Translations under genes and position numbers: made by a program
Source: Treponemataceae bacterium
Lineage (GTDB): Bacteria; Spirochaetota; Spirochaetia; Treponematales; Rectinemataceae
NCBI GenBank assembly: GCA_963678065.2
Contig: CAXXVZ010000003.1
Span: 2,016,001-2,080,000, forward strand
Length of the DNA: 64,000 bases
Direction: 5' to 3'
Part shown: piece after piece, positions 56,866 to 64,000 of the stretch
Numbering within the stretch: position 1 is the first letter of the stretch
Layout of the letters: the number at the start of each line of letters is the position of its first letter
The notes under the pieces: model-generated
What the model saw: only the letters and a program-made list of their open reading frames with translations
Told to the model about the DNA's origin: nothing
Database searches by the model: none

Positions 56866-57777
56866 TCATTTTTTCAGGGCTTTTCCGAAGACGCTCCTGA
56901 CTGTTGAAATGACGAATTTCTTATTTTCGGAAAATCCGAAATTTGGATTACATAGTTGTATCGCAAGAAGCGGCATGCAGGCGAACCGAAAAACTAAAAA
57001 ATGGAATTCACTAAGGATAATCTGGTTGTATAGGATCAGGCTTTTATATGTTTCAATTCTGGTCTGGTTGTTGCGCCTTCTTCCACCACCTTCCAGATGT
57101 ATTATACCGGTATCACAGTAGAGGTTCGAAGCAAAACCCATTTTTTTCATGCGAAACTGTAGTTCGGTATCTTCGAAATACATGAAAAACCGTTCATCGA
57201 ACCCTCCCACAAGAGAAAAAACAGCACGGGAAACTACCAAGGCGGCGCCGGTCACATAATCCACAGGGAGCCATTTCCCCCTTTCCTGAAGCAGGGTATT
57301 CAGCTCCATAGTTGTATCCCGCCCCTTGGAAAAGTTACTTTTCCAGATCAAAAGCTGGTTCAGTATACTTGGGAAACGTCCGGATGAATGCACAGGTGTT
57401 CCATCCGGGGCGGTAAGAATGCATCCGAAGCACCCCGAGACAACATCACTATGCTCCATGGCCGATTCGACCATGTGGATGAGCTGATCAGGATCAACTA
57501 TGGTATCGTTGTTGAGAAACATCAGATAGTCTGAATTGGCCATCCGTGCACCAGCATTGCATGCAGCGCCATACCCACGGTTTGCGTCGAGCTGGAGCAA
57601 CGTATACTTTGTCCGGTCTGTATCGGACAAATCATAACTCCCCGGTGGCGAGGCGTTGTCGACTACGATAATCGCTGAGTATGCATCTATCCGATCGATA
57701 AATGAATTCAGGCAGTTGCTGAGGTTGGCCCCCCCCCCATAGTTGATGACAATGATACTTAGGTCATTCCGCCTCAC
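56866..57777 (-). CDS. GT2 glycosyltransferase (WbbL-like)
   Basis: [37 protein letters not shown]. Confidence 0.9.
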   Translation of the reverse strand: MRRNDLSIIVINYGGGANLSNCLNSFIDRIDAYSAIIVVDNASPPGSYDLSDTDRTKYTLLQLDANRGYGAACNAGARMANSDYLMFLNNDTIVDPDQLIHMVESAMEHSDVVSGCFGCILTAPDGTPVHSSGRFPSILNQLLIWKSNFSKGRDTTMELNTLLQERGKWLPVDYVTGAALVVSRAVFSLVGGFDERFFMYFEDTELQFRMKKMGFASNLYCDTGIIHLEGGGRRRNNQTRIETYKSLILYNQIILSEFHFLVFRFACMPLLAIQLCNPNFGFSENKKFVISTVRSVFGKALKK

Positions 57778-58880
57778 AGGAATTCTCCGAAAGCACTGAG
57801 GATACCGTCCGAAAAACGCTCGAAATTAAAAAAACCGACCCGTTCTTGCCCACGGTTGACTAGGCTATCGCAAATATCGGAACGAGATAGAATCGTTTCA
57901 ATATTCTTTCGAAAACCTTCTTCATCGAGAGGGTCGCAGTAAAGAGCCGCAGCATCACATGTCTCCCGCAATACCGGAATATCCGAACAGACCACAGGAC
58001 ATCCACAAGACATGGCCTCCAAAGGAGGATATCCAAACCCCTCATAGAGACTGGGAAAAATCAAACAAATCGCTGCGCTATATAGTCGTCGTAATTCAAT
58101 GTCATCAACTTCGTTAAGATAAACGACATGATTGTCCGAAAGATGTTTTTCCGTCTCTCTATCAAGGCCATGCATAAATCCTGATTTTTTCCCGACGACT
58201 ACAAGTTTTATTCCCATAGATGAAAAAAACACAGTAGATTTAATGGCTGTAATGAGATTTTTGTGTGATTTCAGGTTACCGACAAACAAAATGAAAGGAA
58301 AAAATATCGCCGAAGGCCTTTGTTCATCGCGGAAAAATGTCTTGGTGTCCACACAGTTTGCTACAACCCGGATCTTCTCCTCAGCATAATCAAAATGATG
58401 AATAATTCTCTGCTTCGTAAAGTCAGAAACAGAAATAATGATATCACATTTTGTAATAGTAGTATTCAACATAATTTCTGAATATTTTCTTTTAACTTTC
58501 CCAAATCCTGAGACCTTCTCAAGATGAAACATATCATGGATGGTTGCAACTATATGCTTTGCTCTCGGACTAATTGCTGGTATGGCAAAATGAGGAGAGT
58601 AATATACATCACATTCTGGAACAAGTATTGGGATTTCAAGATTCCCCCGGGGGTCATAGACTGATCGTTCATATCTCATCACCCTGTCAAATATTCCTGG
58701 TACTGCTGATTGGATGTCATTTGAATTACCGAGAGCAATTAGCTTCATATCCATTTTTTTGAGCACTGGAAGAATAGTCCGAAGGTAACGGCCGATACCG
58801 GATGAAAGAACCATTCTAGAATCAACAACGATAGTACTCAAAATTGTGACCTTTATATGGATAGCTGCTAAGGCAGACAT
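57774..58880 (-). CDS. GT4 glycosyltransferase (start uncertain)
   Basis: SGIGRY, TIHD, FVGN...HKN, FPSLYEGFG.PPLEAM.CG. Confidence 0.92.
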   Translation of the reverse strand: MSALAAIHIKVTILSTIVVDSRMVLSSGIGRYLRTILPVLKKMDMKLIALGNSNDIQSAVPGIFDRVMRYERSVYDPRGNLEIPILVPECDVYYSPHFAIPAISPRAKHIVATIHDMFHLEKVSGFGKVKRKYSEIMLNTTITKCDIIISVSDFTKQRIIHHFDYAEEKIRVVANCVDTKTFFRDEQRPSAIFFPFILFVGNLKSHKNLITAIKSTVFFSSMGIKLVVVGKKSGFMHGLDRETEKHLSDNHVVYLNEVDDIELRRLYSAAICLIFPSLYEGFGYPPLEAMSCGCPVVCSDIPVLRETCDAAALYCDPLDEEGFRKNIETILSRSDICDSLVNRGQERVGFFNFERFSDGILSAFGEFL

Positions 58881-59710
58881 ACTCTGGCGGTCTTCTTCAG
58901 AAAAGCCCCTGGGTATGGTCCCAAATAATCCACTATGTACTTCATCCTTACAAAAGGATCTCGGGTAGAAAAAAAACTTCGGTAGTCTTCCAGTATTTTC
59001 TTTTTCTCTCCAGTAATCATAGACTTATGCAAAAAGAAAAACGATTCATTTTCTTTCATCATTCGAAGGTCATCATCATTCAGAAAATGCAGATGCATCT
59101 TTCGTGACCCACCAAATGCGCCTATAGCATTCATAGAATGCTGCCGATAATACATGAGGGCTTCATCTATAAATATTCTTTCTCCCGCTATTTCTGCCAT
59201 TAGATTAATATACCGGTCATACATGATATCAGTGCATGGAAGCATAAAAACCAATTCCAACAATTTTCGATTGATCATCATTGAAGCACCTTGTACCTTA
59301 TTGAACATCAAAGTACCAAAAAAATCCTGATTGATTGCCCATTTCCTGATGAATCTCTTCTTTTTTACTCTTAATTCATCGTCAGTAACACATGCATCAC
59401 AGTGCACGAGAATCGGTCCAGGATGTCGCCGTTCTGCCTCTATCAGGACATCACGCAATAGTTCCAGCTTCGATGGCATCCACACATCATCCTGATCACA
59501 GAATGCAACATATTCGCAGTGGCTCGGCACAGACATCATTAGAGACCGGATAGAACCATTCACCCCTAAATGGTGAGGATTATCATCACCGCGTTCTATC
59601 AGTTCATATTCAATGGTTTGTACGGCAAGCGACTGTCTTAACTCTCCAATATACGGACACTTACCATAAGTTGATAACAGTACGGCCGTATTAATAAGGG
59701 ATTTTTTCAT
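58868..59710 (-). CDS. GT2 glycosyltransferase (RgpB-like rhamnosyltransferase)
   Basis: VLLSTY, AFCDQDDVW...KL, YRQH..N.IG. Confidence 0.88.
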   Translation of the reverse strand: MKKSLINTAVLLSTYGKCPYIGELRQSLAVQTIEYELIERGDDNPHHLGVNGSIRSLMMSVPSHCEYVAFCDQDDVWMPSKLELLRDVLIEAERRHPGPILVHCDACVTDDELRVKKKRFIRKWAINQDFFGTLMFNKVQGASMMINRKLLELVFMLPCTDIMYDRYINLMAEIAGERIFIDEALMYYRQHSMNAIGAFGGSRKMHLHFLNDDDLRMMKENESFFFLHKSMITGEKKKILEDYRSFFSTRDPFVRMKYIVDYLGPYPGAFLKKTARVCLP

Positions 59711-61422
59711 TTGCGCCCGATGATGAATAAAGAATAATCTATCTTTTTGGTAGATAGATTCGGGTTGTAAAATGGATCGTTACTCATAAATCTCCCCCAT
59801 TTCACCATGATAGAGTCAAGTTCTTTTTCCCCTTTCTTCGTCGTATAAGTTAGCTCATCCTTTTTTGCACTTTTTTTCCCTTTATATACAACTTTCACAT
59901 CAGATAGTACTACGTTATAATAATTATTACCAATAAGTTCGAGAAAAATACTTAACCAATAATACTCATTAAAATATTTGCTCAACTGATTTATTTCTTT
60001 AATTTTCTTTTTTTCAAACAAAAAACATGTTTTTGACAAAACCGAGTAATTTGCTTGTGTGGATAATTGACCAACATTTTCTCCTGCTGAATTTTCCGGA
60101 TAACCCGCATGATGATATCTGATTACTTTTCCCGCCCCCAAAACACCCCCAGCAAACAAAATCCTTCGTTCTTCATTGAGTATTACGGGAGAAACAGCGC
60201 CAACATGTCCCTGACATGCAAATCCCATCATTCGGTCTAGCCAATCCTTTGTCGAAAAATAACATCCACCGTCAAGGAATAATATTAATTCACCTAAACA
60301 ATCACGTACTATTCCGCCTATTTCATTGTTGTAATTATTTTTTACTATTTTTACTTTTATAATAAGATCTTCTGTAGAATGGACAAAAACAAATTTTTCA
60401 CTGAGAACAATTACTTCTTTTACATATTTCGAACCGAAAAACAGTTCATTTATTGTATCCTGAACTAGAACACTATCAAATCCAATTCCATTTATTACTA
60501 CGGTCACCAATTTTGTAGCTGGAACAAAATATTTAATAAAATAATAACTATCATTAATAGCAGATCTCGAGATACATGCATTAACAGTTCTTCTCTTCAA
60601 AGCATTCATAACTGCTTCAGCAGAAACCTGCGGTATATATTTTTTTTCACTTTCCTTTCTGGCAGTGGATCCACGAATTGATCGCCAATGGTAGAGTATA
60701 TGAGAAATATGAATTATGTTTTTCGTTTGTTCCGTAGCTCTGAGAATAAAGTCATAATCTTGAGCCCCATCGAGAAGAGAATTGAATACCCCTACTTCTT
60801 TTATTATCCTCCGGCTCAAAACACAAAAATGCGACATATACATTTTGCATAACAAAAGATCAGGTGACCAATCCGGTTTAAAATAAGGAGAGTACCTTAT
60901 GCCTCTAGGGCTGATTTTATCTTCATCAGAATATACAATATCAGCATCAGCGTTCTTATAGAGACCCAATGTATGAACAATCATTTCAAGAGCGTATTTG
61001 CTCAACAAATCATCATGATCAAGAAAGCCAATATAATCCCCGGTTGACATACATAACCCTTCATTAGTTGCACTTGATATTCCGCCTTTTTTCTCTTTAA
61101 AGGTATATCTAATTCTTTTGTCTTTTTTTGAATATTTTTGAACTATATTTCTGCAGTTTTTGACATTAGAAGCATCATCGATTATTAAAAGCTCAAAATT
61201 CTCATATGTTTGCCCTAATACGGACTTGATGGCCTTTCTTAAATACTTGATATTAGAATTGTATGTTGGCATGATTATAGAAAATAAAACTTTTCTGTCA
61301 TGTATTTTAACATTACCATGCACTTTTTTTTCTACAAAAAATATCCAGCTACTATAATATACAAATTTTGAAATTTTTAGACATATTTTTTTAAAAATAC
61401 TAGTAAATTTTAGTATCTTCAT
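59707..61422 (-). CDS. Two-domain GT2 glycosyltransferase
   Basis: SIIMPTYN, IDDAS, FLDHDD, YSDED, FKPDWS, AQDYD, LYHWR; C-terminal DPFYNPNL. Confidence 0.92.
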   Translation of the reverse strand: MKILKFTSIFKKICLKISKFVYYSSWIFFVEKKVHGNVKIHDRKVLFSIIMPTYNSNIKYLRKAIKSVLGQTYENFELLIIDDASNVKNCRNIVQKYSKKDKRIRYTFKEKKGGISSATNEGLCMSTGDYIGFLDHDDLLSKYALEMIVHTLGLYKNADADIVYSDEDKISPRGIRYSPYFKPDWSPDLLLCKMYMSHFCVLSRRIIKEVGVFNSLLDGAQDYDFILRATEQTKNIIHISHILYHWRSIRGSTARKESEKKYIPQVSAEAVMNALKRRTVNACISRSAINDSYYFIKYFVPATKLVTVVINGIGFDSVLVQDTINELFFGSKYVKEVIVLSEKFVFVHSTEDLIIKVKIVKNNYNNEIGGIVRDCLGELILFLDGGCYFSTKDWLDRMMGFACQGHVGAVSPVILNEERRILFAGGVLGAGKVIRYHHAGYPENSAGENVGQLSTQANYSVLSKTCFLFEKKKIKEINQLSKYFNEYYWLSIFLELIGNNYYNVVLSDVKVVYKGKKSAKKDELTYTTKKGEKELDSIMVKWGRFMSNDPFYNPNLSTKKIDYSLFIIGRK

Positions 61423-63491
61423 TTAACACTCAATTTGTACAATTTTTTAATTTTTTTTCTAGCTATTGAGTAAAATCGATGGATATAAATATTTTTTTTC
61501 ATTTTATCTATCAATCTGTATGAAAACGATCGTTTAATTTGGTCTAGCTCTTCTAAAGCAGACATATTATATGACAATTTAGAATTTTGTAGCTCTCTTG
61601 AAAAAGCTTCATGACTAAAATACTTATGCACATTTTTTTTACCACGTACAATACTGGCCGGAAAAGATCTAATAAAATCAATATGCTTATTTATTGTTTT
61701 ATCTATATAATATTCCTTTACAGTTCTTAAAGCGGCATCTCGTAACCGTTGATGTTTTTCTTCATCAGCTAATATTTCTTGAATTTTTTTCAAGTACTCT
61801 TCTGGCTTATTTACTTCTTTTACAATTATTCCGTTAATTTCATCTTTAATGAATTCACTCACTCCACCTGAATCCGATACAATAACAACCGCTCCACAAG
61901 CCATTGCTTCGATGGGAAACATTCCAAAGCCCTCATGTAGTGAGGCATCAACAAAAATATCAGTGGATTGCAGAATCTGAGAAATACTTTTCTTCTTCAA
62001 AGGACCAAATATTTTGACAATATTCTCGTCATTTTCAGGGAATTCAATATCCCTAAAATACACTACATTTACTTGAATACCCATGTTTTTGATGATCAAT
62101 AATTTCAATAAGTCCAAGAGCACCCAATCACCTTTCGCACTATCTCCTCTTAAAACAATAGTCACGATTTTTTGTCGATGTTCAGAAGAAACACAAGGAT
62201 GGAATAGATGTTCATTGAAACCATTAACAAGTTTTGTGGAACTTTTATTAAATCTACTCACTACCATATTTTCAAGCCAGTCAGAAATTACCACAACTTC
62301 ATCTACAATTGAAAATGTTTTCTCGATTCGACCATATCGTTCGCCATTATAAAAATACGACTCAAAGCCCTGAACATAGTATACCAGCGGTATTCCTGTT
62401 TTTGTTGAGAAAGAACTGCATGGATATACAGTATTCCATGCAGTAGCCACAATGCAATTTGTTGTAATATTAAATAACTGATATTCTTCTTCGATCACAA
62501 TAAATTCAAACAACAGAGTTTCAAAGTATTGAGATATACTAGGAACAACTATGGCAGCATTGATGTTTCTAATGATCAACTCATTAACGATTTCAACAAC
62601 ATTATGAATGCCTCCAAATGTCTGCCCTATTCCAGGTAAGTAGTACACAACATCATAATTTGGAAATTTACTGGAACTTTTTTTGAAATATGATCGAATT
62701 TTAGAATCAATATATTTAATAGGATCATTTTTTTTATACTTTTTCATTTTTTTAATGTATTGATCACCCCATCTGGTAAAAAACAATGTGCTATTTACTT
62801 TTCTATGTTCAGATATGTCTTCTCCAGACTCAAAACTTGCCTCTCCTTTATGAAAAACGTATGTATCAATGGCTATTATTGCTTCATATCCCTTTTCGGC
62901 AGCAGCAAATTGATAATCCGTTTCTTCACCATAACCTTTCCCATATATTTCGTTCAGATATCCAACATCATTTATGCATTCACGAGTCATCAGCAAGCAA
63001 TTCCCTACGATCGTACAGGCATCAAATGACTCTCCTAAAAACAACTGTCCAAACAATTCATTCATTGTTATATAATTATATCCGCTAAGAATACGATATG
63101 ATATAATAGGAGAATTATTAGAAATTGGAGATACTAAACCAATTCTCCGATTGCTCACCTCAACATGCGAAATTAACTTTGCAATTGCGTTTTCGGTCAA
63201 TAAACAATCGCTATTTAGCAATAATACATACTTCGCCGAGGATTTCTTTAAACCCAAATTTGCTGAGTTAACAAATCCAACATTAGTTGAATTCCTAATA
63301 TAGATTATTTTATCATTTTCTCTGGCAATCGAGATCAATAAATTCTCGGTGTATTGTTCGGAGTTATCATCAATAACATAGATATTCTTGATAGATTCCG
63401 CGTTACTCAGGATAGCACATTGAATACACCTAGCCGCCCACTCCGGTGAGTTATACACAGGTATAATAACATCACATAATTCTTTAGTAAT
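61419..63491 (-). CDS. GT2 + WsaF-like/GT4 fused glycosyltransferase (probable ATT start)
   Basis: DVIIPVYN, IDDNS, N.GF....N, LLNSD, GYGEE.D; then ATAWNT, YYVQGFE, EGFG..PIEAMACG. Confidence 0.88.
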   Translation of the reverse strand: MTKELCDVIIPVYNSPEWAARCIQCAILSNAESIKNIYVIDDNSEQYTENLLISIARENDKIIYIRNSTNVGFVNSANLGLKKSSAKYVLLLNSDCLLTENAIAKLISHVEVSNRRIGLVSPISNNSPIISYRILSGYNYITMNELFGQLFLGESFDACTIVGNCLLMTRECINDVGYLNEIYGKGYGEETDYQFAAAEKGYEAIIAIDTYVFHKGEASFESGEDISEHRKVNSTLFFTRWGDQYIKKMKKYKKNDPIKYIDSKIRSYFKKSSSKFPNYDVVYYLPGIGQTFGGIHNVVEIVNELIIRNINAAIVVPSISQYFETLLFEFIVIEEEYQLFNITTNCIVATAWNTVYPCSSFSTKTGIPLVYYVQGFESYFYNGERYGRIEKTFSIVDEVVVISDWLENMVVSRFNKSSTKLVNGFNEHLFHPCVSSEHRQKIVTIVLRGDSAKGDWVLLDLLKLLIIKNMGIQVNVVYFRDIEFPENDENIVKIFGPLKKKSISQILQSTDIFVDASLHEGFGMFPIEAMACGAVVIVSDSGGVSEFIKDEINGIIVKEVNKPEEYLKKIQEILADEEKHQRLRDAALRTVKEYYIDKTINKHIDFIRSFPASIVRGKKNVHKYFSHEAFSRELQNSKLSYNMSALEELDQIKRSFSYRLIDKMKKNIYIHRFYSIARKKIKKLYKLSVK

Positions 63492-64000
63492 TTTTCCCCT
63501 CCCCCACTATACCTAAAGTGCTTAATTGCCTGTTGCTTCTACAATTCTTGCTGTAATCTGGTCAGATATCTTAACCTATTTGAAACAACGCCCAGAAGTA
63601 TTCCGCACATCAATATACAACTTAAATTCCCGTTATATTGCAGCTAGGCGGACACAGGTAATTCCATCTTGAGCAGTTCCAGAATTTCACGTTGGTTTTT
63701 GTGGCCTAAGGAAATAACGGGCAGGCGGCCATCGACGGTCTCGATCGTATGCATCGAAGATGCTCATCGAACTGGTATGAGACAGTTCATCAAAGAATCA
63801 GCGAAAGCCCTATGATTGTTGCTGAGGCGATTGCTGGAGCATCCTTAGCCGCTCAAGAAGTATTTGTATGCCGCCCAGGATTTCAGGTAAAATTTTTATC
63901 AGAGGGGAATTCTCTTGTTAACATATGTATAGAGAACACCATCGTACGGGCTCTGACCCCACTTCTCATTTAATTTTGCTCATCTTATGACTTTTGAGAA

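Noticed and set aside
63749..63973. 74-aa + strand ORF
   Set aside because: It has no RBS or motif and is oriented opposite to the cluster; the region cannot be resolved at the window edge.

Overview
This is a GC-rich bacterial chromosomal window, very probably from a spirochaete (Treponema/Rectinema-like). The evidence is a SpiroCoCo-type coiled-coil protein, the def-fmt-PASTA-udg-priA gene order, an M23-bactofilin-PSP1 operon and an Ack with a C-terminal extension. Most of it is housekeeping and transport: aspS, htpG, a two-component system, rlmE, ackA, priA, rpsU, deoD, an RluA-type synthase, an Fe3+/sugar-phosphate-type ABC system, a BMP nucleoside ABC system with a deaminase and a second phosphorylase, rfbABCD and an AT-rich glycosyltransferase cluster. 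The best candidate for an undescribed system is the AT-richer four-gene island at about 29.6-33.1 kb. It encodes a secreted protein with a signal peptide, an internal double-glycine-leader-like motif and a His...Gly-Cys (L,D-transpeptidase/Tlde1-like) C-terminal domain. Three divergent paralogous exported proteins follow it, the layout expected of a cell-wall toxin plus immunity array, and a structured non-coding region lies upstream. Other notable points are an ATPase-less LolCE/LolA-like/beta-barrel module with a shared IDSLF motif downstream of rfb, tandem paralogous outer-membrane proteins, probable non-canonical start codons (ATC in rpsU, ATT in a glycosyltransferase), several probably leaderless genes and a half-CIRCE site near htpG. 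I saw no rRNA, tRNA, CRISPR array or transposase. All family assignments come from motif recognition by eye; no searches were run.
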